Shown piece by piece: positions 47,297 through 57,165 of a stretch of DNA of 64,000 nucleotides. The notes beneath the pieces are model-generated. The model saw only the letters and a program-made list of their open reading frames with translations, made no database searches and was not told where the DNA came from. The DNA is taken from NCBI GenBank assembly GCA_050943115.1, contig JBMNON010000005.1, positions 369-64,368 of the forward strand, read 5' to 3'. The stretch's first letter is position 1; every line of letters begins with the position of its first letter. Made by a program: the position numbers and the translations under genes. The stretch is from Patescibacteria group bacterium (lineage in GTDB: Bacteria; Patescibacteriota; Microgenomatia; UBA12405).

Positions 47297-48001
47297 ATGC
47301 CAAGCGACCCTCTAAAAATTGCCATCAAAGGAACAACTCAGGAGCACCTACCAATCGAAGACGTGGTTGACGGGATAGCGATACTAAAAGACGGTTCGTG
47401 TTCAATGGTATTACAATTATCATCAGTAAATTTTGACCTTCTCTCAGAGAGAGAACAATCAGCTTTGGTATTTGCTTATGGAGGAATACTAAATTCTTTG
47501 AACTTTACAATACAAATAATTATCCACTCAAACCGAAAAGATATTAGTGCTTATCTTAAAAACTTGTCGAACGCCCTGGAAAAACAAGAAAACAGCCAGT
47601 TAAAAGAAAGAATCGTGTCTTATAGAAAATTTGTAGAAGAGACAGTGAAGAGAAACGATGTTTTGTCAAAGTCCTTCTATGTAGCGATACCTTTTTCGAT
47701 TATGGAGTTGGGAATTAAAAGTGCGAAAAGCCAGTTTTTGGGAGCATTGCCAATTCCGGGGAAAACAAGCGGTGAGCTACCCTTCTCCAAGGACTACATT
47801 CTAGAAAAGGCAAAGGCCAGCCTGGAACCAAAGAGAGACCATCTAATCAGATTATTTTCCCGGTTGGGATTGGATATAAGGCCTCTAGGGACAAAAGAGT
47901 TAATTGAACTATTTTATAAAATTTATAATGAAAGCACAGCTGCCAACCAGAAAATTCAAACTTTAAATTACAATGCACCAGTGGTGACAAGCAGTAAATA
48001 A
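47297..48001 (+). CDS. TraC/VirB4 N-terminal-like protein
   Basis: TQEHLPI, VNFDLLSE.EQ, LNSLNF.IQI, FYVAIP; lies between PrgI and VirB4. Confidence 0.75.
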   Translation: MPSDPLKIAIKGTTQEHLPIEDVVDGIAILKDGSCSMVLQLSSVNFDLLSEREQSALVFAYGGILNSLNFTIQIIIHSNRKDISAYLKNLSNALEKQENSQLKERIVSYRKFVEETVKRNDVLSKSFYVAIPFSIMELGIKSAKSQFLGALPIPGKTSGELPFSKDYILEKAKASLEPKRDHLIRLFSRLGLDIRPLGTKELIELFYKIYNESTAANQKIQTLNYNAPVVTSSK

Positions 48002-48003
48002 AA

Positions 48004-50532
48004 ATGAAATTATTAAAGAAGTTGAAAAATATCGGAAAAAAAGAAGAGACTGGCAATACGGGAACCAGTGAGCAGGGTAATCCTGTTGAGGCTACCGAAA
48101 ATAAATCATTTGAGGAAGGATTGGTCTCAACCAAAGACATTATTGCACCATCGGCAATAGAGATAGATTTTAACCATGTAAGAATTGACAACAAATACTA
48201 CAGAACACTGTTTGTAGCCGGTTATCCCAGGTTTGTGGGGATTAATTGGCTATCACCATTGATTAACTTTGACGCATCATTGAATGTGTCGATGTACGTT
48301 TACCCGACAGATGGAAAAGAAATACTTGACGATCTTCGAAGGAAAATAACAGAAATGGAAGCAGAAATAAGTACGGACATCCAAAGGGGGAGGATTGTAA
48401 ATCCGGCCACACAGGCAAAGTTGGAAGATGCCCTGGCGCTTCAAGCCGACCTGGTGAAAGGAGAGGAAAGGTTTTTTCAATTCGGTTTATATATAACCAT
48501 ATCGGCAGAATCGGTGGAAGATTTAGACAGGATCAACAAGAACCTTGAGGCGGCTTTGGGGGCACTTCTAATCATAAGCAAAAAGGCAACCTTACAAATG
48601 GAAGAAGGGTTTATGACTACGCTGCCGATATGCTCTGACAGCCTTAACATAGCCAGAAACATGGATACGACTTCTTTGGCAACAACATTCCCGTTCGTAT
48701 CTTCTGACTTGTCAGATAATAAAGGAATAATGTACGGAATAAACCAGCATAACGGATCCCTGGTAATTTTTGACAGGTTTGGTATGCCCAACTATAACTC
48801 GGTAGTATTTGCAACTGCAGGTGCCGGAAAATCTTACATGATTAAGTTGGAAGCATTAAGATCGCTAATGTTTGACACAGACATCATCGTGATTGACCCT
48901 GAGAATGAGTATAGAAATCTGTGTGACGCAGCCGGAGGACAATATATTGCATTTGGGTATGGCGAAAATTCAAAAATTAACCCTTTTGACCTGTCGATGA
49001 CAGTAGAGGAAGAAGGAGAAAATGCTTTGAATTCAAAAATATTATCCTTGCATAAGCTGTTTAAAATCATGATCGGCGAGATGACACCAATGGAAGAGTC
49101 GATCCTAGACCGAGCCATCATGGATGCCTATAAAATGAAAGGGGTGACGCCAGATCCGGAAACGCAAAACCGAGAACCCCCTTTAATTGAAGACTTGTAC
49201 AAGTCATTAATCGGAGCTGAAAGCAAGGAAGCTCAGAGTCTGGCGGCAAGAATAGAAAAATACATCAGAGGATCGTTTGCGGGAATATTTAATCAAAAAA
49301 CAACTGTTGATTTAAAAAACAGATTTGTGGTTTTTGGGATTAAGAATTTGGAAGAAAGCTTAAGACCAATTGCGATGCATATCATATTGGACTATATTTG
49401 GACAACGGTAAAAAAGGAGTTAAAAAGAAGAATTATGATAGTAGACGAAGCTTGGTATTTGATGCAGTATCCCGATTCAGCCGCATTTTTAAGAGGAGTA
49501 GTTAAAAGAGGGCGAAAATACTACCTGGGGGTAACAACAATTACACAGGATGTAGACGATTTTTTGGAGACACCTTACGGGAAAGAAATTGTGACCAATA
49601 GCTCCATACAAATCCTATTAAAACAGCATAGTGCTGCAATTGACAAAATTGGTGAAGTTTTTTATTTATCTGAAGGTGAAAAACAACTACTTCTAACAGC
49701 TGATAAGGGAGAAGGAATATTCTTTGCCGGACAAAACCATGTAGCAATAAAAGTTATCGCTTCCGAGGATGAACACCAGCTAATTACATCAAATCCGGAA
49801 GATATTTTGAGAATGAAAAACGAAGGTAAGGTAAATAGTTTAGAGAACTCTAAAAAAGTGACCACGGTGGAAGCGATACCAATAAATCCGGAAAATATTG
49901 ACTTGGAACAAGAGGATGAAATAGAACATTCCCAAAATAGCCAACAACCAATCGATTCAGAAAAAATAGACGAGCCGGAAGTGAAAGTAATACCAGAAGA
50001 AGTAGGGAGAGAAGATACAGAAGAAAATATAACCAAAGATGATACTATTATTGAACCAAAGGAACAGAAGGGGGTGACGGAAAATAATAAATCTGTAACA
50101 ACAGAAGAAAACGTAAAAAGAGAAATCCAAAGTAATACTGGTGGAAGCAAGTCATTATATAGGGCGGAGGTGGTCGGAAGTGAAGACGAAAACGAGGAAT
50201 TACTCCAAAGAAGAATAGACGAAATGGAAAAAGCAGAAGAAGAGAAAATAAAAGATTTTAGGCAACAAGAGAGTGTTGATGTAGTTGAAGATAAGAATGA
50301 AACAAAAGAAATCCAAGAGACATTTGAGCCACCAAAAGTGATCAAGTTTGGGGAAGGGAGCGGTGGAGGGAGTAAGCCGATATTTATTAATAATACGGAA
50401 AAAAAGGTGCCTCAACCCAGCCAATTAAGCAGTAAACCAAAACCGGTATTTGAAGATGAAAAAAAGAAGGACAACATTAAAGAAGACGAACAAAGTGACT
50501 ACGATAAATTATTTGGCGACGGAATTGTCTAA
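48004..50532 (+). CDS. VirB4/TraC-like conjugation ATPase with long acidic C-terminal tail
   Basis: GIMYGIN, Walker A ATAGAGKS, VIDPENEY, INPFD, Walker B IVDEAW, RGRKY, ITQ. Confidence 0.93.
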   Translation: MKLLKKLKNIGKKEETGNTGTSEQGNPVEATENKSFEEGLVSTKDIIAPSAIEIDFNHVRIDNKYYRTLFVAGYPRFVGINWLSPLINFDASLNVSMYVYPTDGKEILDDLRRKITEMEAEISTDIQRGRIVNPATQAKLEDALALQADLVKGEERFFQFGLYITISAESVEDLDRINKNLEAALGALLIISKKATLQMEEGFMTTLPICSDSLNIARNMDTTSLATTFPFVSSDLSDNKGIMYGINQHNGSLVIFDRFGMPNYNSVVFATAGAGKSYMIKLEALRSLMFDTDIIVIDPENEYRNLCDAAGGQYIAFGYGENSKINPFDLSMTVEEEGENALNSKILSLHKLFKIMIGEMTPMEESILDRAIMDAYKMKGVTPDPETQNREPPLIEDLYKSLIGAESKEAQSLAARIEKYIRGSFAGIFNQKTTVDLKNRFVVFGIKNLEESLRPIAMHIILDYIWTTVKKELKRRIMIVDEAWYLMQYPDSAAFLRGVVKRGRKYYLGVTTITQDVDDFLETPYGKEIVTNSSIQILLKQHSAAIDKIGEVFYLSEGEKQLLLTADKGEGIFFAGQNHVAIKVIASEDEHQLITSNPEDILRMKNEGKVNSLENSKKVTTVEAIPINPENIDLEQEDEIEHSQNSQQPIDSEKIDEPEVKVIPEEVGREDTEENITKDDTIIEPKEQKGVTENNKSVTTEENVKREIQSNTGGSKSLYRAEVVGSEDENEELLQRRIDEMEKAEEEKIKDFRQQESVDVVEDKNETKEIQETFEPPKVIKFGEGSGGGSKPIFINNTEKKVPQPSQLSSKPKPVFEDEKKKDNIKEDEQSDYDKLFGDGIV

Positions 50533-50564
50533 AACAAACGTAGGGTTGCTATAATTTGGTATAA

Positions 50565-53306
50565 ATGAGCGGGGATAATATCATCAGTCTAGGGAAAATA
50601 AGAAATTGTGATGAGCTGGCTAATGTTTTGGATGGTTTAAGTAAGCAAAATATCTCCATAAACCAAAACTTGTATTTGAGTAATGTTTTAGAAAGAGTAT
50701 TTAAAATTGGCGGATTTAGAGTGGACACCAGAAAGAGTTCAGCCATTGGTGATGTGGTTAAAGAAATCAGAAAACTAGATTCGGAAAAAAGAGAAAGAAT
50801 AAACCAAATAATTGTCGAGGAATTTGGAGAAATAGACGAAGAAACAGAAAAAACACTAGAGAATTCAGTGGTGCCAACGGCAACACTGAAAGAGTTGTTA
50901 AAGGAGTATGAAGAGTACTTAAGGATCGGAATGAGCGAAACTGAAGCCTTGGACAGATTAGCTTCAAAGAACAAAGGGGTTGTGGCCAGGGCTAAAATTG
51001 AAGACCTGATTAGAAAAGAAGCTGAGGTTTTCGAAAAAATTAAAGGTGAATTAAGAGAAAAAGCGGCGGCAACACTTGACGAAGCAATGGTAGAAAAAAT
51101 GGCAAAAGAAGCAGCAATGGAAGTGGTGGTAAGTGAGGAAGAATTAGTAGAAAACTTGGAAATTGTTAGAGTTGTAGAAAAAAGAGTGGTGGCTGAAAAG
51201 TTGGAGGAGAGTTTAAGGGAAGCAGGGGTGGTGAGAATCTTGGAAAACAGAATATCCAAAGAGGAATTTGCAGAAAAAATCGATGAAGCAATTTCTGATA
51301 TAAGAAACGAGACAGTAAAAGAATTAGTAAAGAATTTGGCTTATGATTCCAAGGATAGAATAGAAATAAAAATTGACGTAGAAAGAAAGTCTTGGGAAGT
51401 CGCGGATAAATTAATAATTGCTTTGAAGCAAGAAGATTTTTTTGGAGAATTGGCCCGAAGAAACGAGGCAGTACTGAGAACAGTGGTATCCGAGAAAGTG
51501 AGTGAGGAAATATTTCTGGGTTTTAGTAGAAATGGCGAGATCGAAGAAATGGTCGCAAAAGAATTAGGCAAGGGAGGCCTAGTAATAAACGAGGAACAAA
51601 AATCCAGAATTGGGCAGGAAATTAAAAGTGTTAGAGTAGAGTTGGAAAAGTTTTCGGCGGGCAAAAAAGCAGAAATAAATAAATTTCAAGGAGATTGGCT
51701 GGAAAAAAATATTGAAGATTCAGTAATAAGAAGCAATGGGAAATTAAGTAATGAAGAAAGGTCTCATTTAAAGGAATATTCAAGATTGGTGAGAAAAATT
51801 TATCATTCAGATGAGAGCCTGAGGATAGAGGGATACAAAGAAGATACGGTTACGTTTGCAGAAAGAGAGGGTGTTGGCAGTGGAAAGGCTGATAATGCAT
51901 GGAGCGAGTTGAAGGGTTTGACGATGATGTTAAAAATGAAGAGCGGAGAACTAAACGCTTTCCTATCTCAATACCAAACAGTAAAAGCCAAACTTAGCAG
52001 GGTGAATCTACCTGTTAACATAAGTGAGTGCAGAGCACTTGAGAATATAACACGAGCAATAAACACAATACCGGGAGGTAAAAATTTACTAAGATACGCA
52101 AAAAATTATATTAATCTTCAAGCGGGATTAAGTAACACTGGAAGCTTGGTGGCATCAAAATTAGGATTAAACAAGGCTGGTGCAATGGTATTGGAAAAGA
52201 TCGGCGGGCAAGCAATGACAGATTTTTTAAGACATTCACTGGTAGTTTTAAGTAAAAACGGTACGGTGGGTGGAATAAAATTAATCTTAAAAGGGATTGT
52301 GAGCGGAGGAGTTAAAGCTGGCAGTGCAGCCGGAGGAGGAGCGCTTGCGGGAGCGGTGGCAGCCTTCCAGGCCATTCCAGTAGCCGGACAAATTGCACTT
52401 GTGGTAGTGGGAGTGATCGTGGCAGCAAAGAAAATTTTGGGGCCAATTGTTGGAAGATTTAAGAAAATTCTAAAGTCACTTAATATTGATCTGGGTGTCA
52501 GTAAATTTTTAAAGGAAAATTTTGGCGGTTTCCTTGGGGGAATAATGGATGTAGGAATTAAAATCGGCATAGCAATAGTGGGAATACCGGCACTATTAGC
52601 CGGGGCAGCAATCGGTGCTCTGATAGCACCTGTTTTAATACTATTTTTTGTAGTGTTTATGTTGTACCAAATAATTTTTGTACCAAATCTGATTTCCAGT
52701 GTTGTTCCGTCGAGAAACGATGCTGTTGATTCGAGTACCGGAGGTAATAGCAACTACACACCGGCTGACCCTATTTATGTAGCGGACTGTGCAGACTCAC
52801 CGGCTTGTGCTGTTATTTCATTTTTGAGAGCTAGTGGTGTAGCTGCTGTAAATGCAAACAATGTGCAGGCAGTAGCTGAACTAATAAGAAAATGGTCAAG
52901 TCCCCCTTCGAGTTTTGACATGGAAACTTTTATAGAAAAAATGATCAGATCAGCAAAAAGTTACAGCTACTTCCAATGTTATGGATTTGCCCTGGCTATT
53001 GACGAAAATTTAACTTCAAATGCTCATGTCAGTCAATTACTTAACAATCATGCTGGTTGTGATGTAATAAAAGATTCAGATGCAGGGGCCGGAGACCATG
53101 TGACTGATAGTCGCCACATTAGAGTTTTGTCTGTACTTAGGCCTGACAGAAGTTTTGTCATATCCGAAGCTAACGTAGGTGTACCTGAAGCAGGAGTGCC
53201 TGGTGGACAGGGTGGAATAAGAAATGTACCCGGAAGTAGTTTTGATGAATACATGGCCAATTTAAGAAGACAGAGACCAGAAGTTATAATTTTGAGATGC
53301 AGATGA
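50565..53306 (+). CDS. large coiled-coil/membrane protein with C-terminal CHAP-like domain
   Basis: About 550 aa E/K-rich helices, Gly/Ala-rich TMs, then FQCYGF...GD...HIRVL...ISEAN (Cys-His-Glu order of CHAP). Confidence 0.7.
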   Translation: MSGDNIISLGKIRNCDELANVLDGLSKQNISINQNLYLSNVLERVFKIGGFRVDTRKSSAIGDVVKEIRKLDSEKRERINQIIVEEFGEIDEETEKTLENSVVPTATLKELLKEYEEYLRIGMSETEALDRLASKNKGVVARAKIEDLIRKEAEVFEKIKGELREKAAATLDEAMVEKMAKEAAMEVVVSEEELVENLEIVRVVEKRVVAEKLEESLREAGVVRILENRISKEEFAEKIDEAISDIRNETVKELVKNLAYDSKDRIEIKIDVERKSWEVADKLIIALKQEDFFGELARRNEAVLRTVVSEKVSEEIFLGFSRNGEIEEMVAKELGKGGLVINEEQKSRIGQEIKSVRVELEKFSAGKKAEINKFQGDWLEKNIEDSVIRSNGKLSNEERSHLKEYSRLVRKIYHSDESLRIEGYKEDTVTFAEREGVGSGKADNAWSELKGLTMMLKMKSGELNAFLSQYQTVKAKLSRVNLPVNISECRALENITRAINTIPGGKNLLRYAKNYINLQAGLSNTGSLVASKLGLNKAGAMVLEKIGGQAMTDFLRHSLVVLSKNGTVGGIKLILKGIVSGGVKAGSAAGGGALAGAVAAFQAIPVAGQIALVVVGVIVAAKKILGPIVGRFKKILKSLNIDLGVSKFLKENFGGFLGGIMDVGIKIGIAIVGIPALLAGAAIGALIAPVLILFFVVFMLYQIIFVPNLISSVVPSRNDAVDSSTGGNSNYTPADPIYVADCADSPACAVISFLRASGVAAVNANNVQAVAELIRKWSSPPSSFDMETFIEKMIRSAKSYSYFQCYGFALAIDENLTSNAHVSQLLNNHAGCDVIKDSDAGAGDHVTDSRHIRVLSVLRPDRSFVISEANVGVPEAGVPGGQGGIRNVPGSSFDEYMANLRRQRPEVIILRCR

Positions 53307-53722
53307 AAGGTTGGGGGCTAAAAAAAATTAAAAATTATAGCATTGTTCTAGCAATAGGATTGACGGTTCTTTTAATAATTGGATTTGGGAAAAGGGATGC
53401 GAATAACCAATTGGAGAACGGTGAAAACAGTAGTTCTAAAAATTGGAATTCAGAAAACAGTCAAGGCTATGGTAAATCAGATGTAAGCCCAGAAAGTGAC
53501 AAACAAGCAGAAGAAGAGTATGTGCAAGCATTAAAGGATTTTCCGCTCTGGGAAAAGCTACCTTTTGAAAACAGAGGTTACAAGATAAGTCATTACTCTA
53601 AACCCATGACGATAGTGGTTTATTTGAGAGGTATAGACAAGGAAATCGTGGAAAAGGAAGTGAGGCAGTGGATAAAGGACCAGGGTGGGGATGAAATCAG
53701 GCATCAAATTGAGTGGAGGTAG
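53297..53722 (+). CDS. membrane-anchored hypothetical protein (paralog 1)
   Basis: N-terminal TM; C-terminal domain PLWEKLP...W shared with the next gene. Confidence 0.75.
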   Translation: MQMKGWGLKKIKNYSIVLAIGLTVLLIIGFGKRDANNQLENGENSSSKNWNSENSQGYGKSDVSPESDKQAEEEYVQALKDFPLWEKLPFENRGYKISHYSKPMTIVVYLRGIDKEIVEKEVRQWIKDQGGDEIRHQIEWR

Positions 53723-53764
53723 GTTATGGCTTTAATATTTGCAATAAAGTTCTACAATTAAAAA

Positions 53765-54187
53765 ATGCAACAGAGTTTTTGGAAAAAGTATTTTTTGGTG
53801 ATTTTATTGAGTTTTTTAGCTAGCGGTATGATTCTGGTTAAGTTTTTATACAAAGAAAACGAAGAGCCTTTGAGAATTAAAACGGATGAGCCGATTGCAG
53901 CAATGCCTACAGTTGTGCAAATAATCGATCTGGTAGGAGAGGACTCTGACAAGGAAGCCACAAGTGAGGCAGATCAGGAAGAACAAAATTACGATCCGGA
54001 TTATCCACTGTGGGAAGTACTCCCCTACCACGGAAAAGGGTTCGTGGTAGACAGATATATAAAACCACTTACATTGGCCGTAAAAATTAAAGGCTTGGAC
54101 AGGTCCATTGTGGAAGAGGGTGTGGACGAGTGGTTAGAAGAAAACGGAATCGATCCTTTTTCCCATATTATCGTGTGGGAAGATTAA
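53765..54187 (+). CDS. membrane-anchored hypothetical protein (paralog 2)
   Basis: N-terminal TM; PLWEVLP...W domain. Confidence 0.75.
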   Translation: MQQSFWKKYFLVILLSFLASGMILVKFLYKENEEPLRIKTDEPIAAMPTVVQIIDLVGEDSDKEATSEADQEEQNYDPDYPLWEVLPYHGKGFVVDRYIKPLTLAVKIKGLDRSIVEEGVDEWLEENGIDPFSHIIVWED

Positions 54188-55302
54188 TCCTGAAGACGAA
54201 CAGGCATAATTATGTGGGTAAACTGAGGATCGGACTGGTCGCGAAAAAGAGCCGGAGTAAGAGGTTCGTTTAATTCCAATGTCAACTCTTCACCTTTGCA
54301 GACAGACAAAAAATCAGAGATAAATTTGTAATTAAAAGCTATATCCAAAGAACCTCCTTCAACTTTGGCTTCAACCGTGGCCTTATTTTGACCGATCTGG
54401 GGAGCATTGGCGGAAATCTCAATATGAGAATCTTTGATATTCAAACGGATAACATTGGCAGATTCCCGGGCGAAAACAGAAGCAATTTTTACAGCCTGAG
54501 ATAATTCTTCTTTATTAATTAGAAGCCTGGTAGAAAATGCAGAGGGAATAATACGTCGGTATTCAGGATAATCACCTTCAATGAGCCGGGAAACCAACTC
54601 TAAACCGTCTAAAACAAACACCAATTGATGTTCGTCGTTAGAGAGGCCTAAAGTAAGCTTTTTATCATTTTTAGCAAGTTTAACGACCTCAGAAAGGCTT
54701 TTTCCAGGAATCAAAAGAGTCATCTGATCTGTTGGCAAAGAAATAGGATTGACCAGTTTTATTTCCTTTAGAGAAAGACGAAAACCATCAGTGGCAACCA
54801 AAGTCAAACTATTTGAAGTAAAACTACACAAAACGGCAGTGAGGATGGGACGAGTGTCATCTGTGGCAGCTGAAAAAGCTATTTGATTAACAGAATCGCG
54901 AAGGAGCGACATGTCCAAATCAATAGCCTGATCCGGGTTAATAGGTGGAAGGTTGGGGAAATCGTCAGGAGGGGTGGTAGTAAAAGTAGATTGAGCTTTG
55001 GATGAAGTAATAGTAAATAAGTTTTTTGAGTCAAGTTCCAAATCGAGACGGCCGGCAGACAAATAAGAAACAAACTCGGTAATTTCTTTGGCGGGAATAG
55101 TCATACTACCTTCTTGCTCGATTTTGGCACCAATCCAACAACTGATCCCAAGTTCCAAATTGGTAGCAGTCAATTTTAACTGGCCATTATCGGTAGCAAG
55201 AAGGATATTACTTAGAATGGGAAGTTGGGCACGAGCAGAAACAAAGCGAGAAGTGTTTTCCAGAGCAGTGGAAAAATTTTCCTGCAAAAGGGAGAGCTTC
55301 AT
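54184..55302 (-). CDS. dnaN: DNA polymerase III beta clamp
   Basis: LPILSNILL, ATNLE, RPILT, VATDGFRL, SRLIEGDYPEY, IMPVR. Confidence 0.98.
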   Translation of the reverse strand: MKLSLLQENFSTALENTSRFVSARAQLPILSNILLATDNGQLKLTATNLELGISCWIGAKIEQEGSMTIPAKEITEFVSYLSAGRLDLELDSKNLFTITSSKAQSTFTTTPPDDFPNLPPINPDQAIDLDMSLLRDSVNQIAFSAATDDTRPILTAVLCSFTSNSLTLVATDGFRLSLKEIKLVNPISLPTDQMTLLIPGKSLSEVVKLAKNDKKLTLGLSNDEHQLVFVLDGLELVSRLIEGDYPEYRRIIPSAFSTRLLINKEELSQAVKIASVFARESANVIRLNIKDSHIEISANAPQIGQNKATVEAKVEGGSLDIAFNYKFISDFLSVCKGEELTLELNEPLTPALFRDQSDPQFTHIIMPVRLQD

Positions 55303-55380
55303 TGGCTTATATTAACAAATAGAAGGTAGCTAGTAAAATCAGATACGTTTAGATTGCGGTGAATGTGAAGAAAAAATAGT

Positions 55381-55640
55381 ATTAATAAAAATTAATGTAT
55401 TTAGTAGTAGTAATATTAGGCGGGGTGAATAAGTGGATAGAAATAAATAGTAGTGGAAATTGACGATTGTTTTTATTGTTATTGGTTGTGAAAATATTTG
55501 GCGCAATATCAATTTACCGGTAAAAATGCATTATTTATCTTATAAGCTTGCTTGTTGTTTGGGTAAGTTTCGGGGGAAAAAATAAAAGAAATATGTGGAT
55601 AAGTTGGTGGATAAGTTGAAGGGAAATGTGGATAAAAAAA
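55381..55640. promoter_or_regulatory. oriC candidate: DnaA boxes, GC patch, DnaA-trios, AT-rich unwinding region
   Basis: TGTGGATAA at 55594-602 and 55627-635, GGTGGATAA at 55606-614; TAG-TAG-TAG-TAA-TAT-TAG (55402-19) + GCGG + boxes at 55424-40; AT-only stretch at 55381-96. Confidence 0.85.
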
Positions 55641-55646
55641 ATGAGA

Positions 55647-56993
55647 CTAAATTTTGGCTTTAATTTGGTTGATAAGTGTACGGGTTTGTGGGTTTGTGGA
55701 AAAGGCAGTGTGGATTTTGTCCCGAGCGTGCATAATACTGGTGTGGTCGCGACCGCCTAAAAGCCGTCCAACTTCGTCCAGGGGAAGGTTGATTTCTGTT
55801 AAAAGCAGGTAGGCGGTAATATGGCGAGCGCTGACAAGTTCTTTTTTCCGACTTTTGCCACACAAATCCCCTGTTTTTATATTAAAATGCTTGGCACAGA
55901 CAGATATTATATGGCGCGGGTTTATATTGAGGGTGTTATATGCAGAAGCTGGCGAAGAAGAAGGATTGAGGTAATTTTGGACAAAGTCGAGACTGACTTC
56001 ATTAATTTTTTGGGCTTGAGACTGAATGGCCACTTCCTGTAATTTACCTTCAATATCACGGATATTGGATTCCAAATTTTCGGCAAGAAAAGAGATGGCT
56101 TCCGGAGTAATGTCAATGCCCTTGTCTTGAGATTTTTCTTTAATAATGGCAATTCTCATTTCAAAATCAGGAATTTGAATGTCGACAGTCAAACCACCCA
56201 TAAAACGGGAGACGAGCCGGTCTTCAAGATCTTTAATTTCACTGGGTTTACGGTCAGAAGTGAGAATAATTTGTTTGCCGGCCATATGGAGGGCATTGAA
56301 GGTGTGAAAAAACTCTTCCTGAATATATTCTTTACCGGCAATAAACTGAATATCGTCAACCAAAATACAATCCAAGTTTCGATATTTATCTTTAAATTGA
56401 TTAATATTTTTGGAACGGAGGGCGGAAATAAGTTCATTGCCAAAAGTTTCAGCCGGAAAGTAATGAATTTTTAACGAAGGGTTGTTTTTGAGAAGCTCAT
56501 GGCCAACAGCTTGCATAAGGTGGGTCTTGCCTACCCCTACCCCACCCCAGATAAAAAGCGGATTATAGGTGGCACCGGGGTTTTTGACGATTCCCTGGGC
56601 AGCAGCAAAAGCAAAATTATTACTATTACCAACCACCAGATTGTCGAAAGTGTATTTGGGGTGAAGATTAGTGGAAGCCGTGACGGAAGGTTTGGTGGAG
56701 GTGTAGGTAAATAAAGGAGCAGATGATGAAGTATTGTCAGGCTTTATTGGTTCCTGAACAATAAAGACAATGGCGTTGTCGGTTTTGGTCTGATTGTCAA
56801 GAGCACTTTTAAAAAGATCGTAGTAACGTTTTTTATTGATATCGACCAAGTAGGTGTTAGAACAAGAAACCGTGGCGGTACTGTCTTTATAGGCAACAAG
56901 CTGTGTGTTGGCAACAAAGGTTTGAAAGACGGCTGGCGCCAATACCACTTTGAGTTCTTCCTGTGTATTTTTCCAAACTCGATCAATATCCAT
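55647..56993 (-). CDS. dnaA: chromosomal replication initiator DnaA
   Basis: YTFDN, YNPLFIWGGVGVGKTHL, DDIQF, QEEFFHTFN, GGRDHTS; likely ATG at 56993. Confidence 0.98.
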   Translation of the reverse strand: MDIDRVWKNTQEELKVVLAPAVFQTFVANTQLVAYKDSTATVSCSNTYLVDINKKRYYDLFKSALDNQTKTDNAIVFIVQEPIKPDNTSSSAPLFTYTSTKPSVTASTNLHPKYTFDNLVVGNSNNFAFAAAQGIVKNPGATYNPLFIWGGVGVGKTHLMQAVGHELLKNNPSLKIHYFPAETFGNELISALRSKNINQFKDKYRNLDCILVDDIQFIAGKEYIQEEFFHTFNALHMAGKQIILTSDRKPSEIKDLEDRLVSRFMGGLTVDIQIPDFEMRIAIIKEKSQDKGIDITPEAISFLAENLESNIRDIEGKLQEVAIQSQAQKINEVSLDFVQNYLNPSSSPASAYNTLNINPRHIISVCAKHFNIKTGDLCGKSRKKELVSARHITAYLLLTEINLPLDEVGRLLGGRDHTSIMHARDKIHTAFSTNPQTRTLINQIKAKI

Positions 56994-57054
56994 AATTATA
57001 TTTATTCTATGAGATAGGCAGGAATTATCGACTAACAGGCAGAAAAGTTTAACG

Positions 57055-57086
57055 TTTTCCACATAATAATAGCTAAGTTTTCCACA
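57055..57086. promoter_or_regulatory. two DnaA boxes upstream of dnaA
   Basis: TTTTCCACA at 57055-63 and 57078-86 (one mismatch to TTATCCACA). Confidence 0.7.
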
Positions 57087-57165
57087 AAAGAAAAGATGCA
57101 AAAAAGAAGGTCCGGGGTTAAAATTACAAATATAGAGTAAAGATAGGTGTGTTAAAATAATCGCT

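Noticed and set aside
49662-52753. Long antisense ORFs (227, 236 and 211 aa)
   Set aside because: Ser/Phe/Leu-rich mirror frames of purine-rich sense genes with no motifs; the same holds for most short antisense ORFs in the track.
46347-54187. Integrative conjugative element or prophage
   Set aside because: No integrase, relaxase, coupling protein, att repeats or virion genes in the window; composition matches flanking core genes.
55647-57101. 484-aa DnaA with N-terminal extension
   Set aside because: The extension covers the DnaA-box/promoter region; the ATG at 56993 gives a normal N-terminus.
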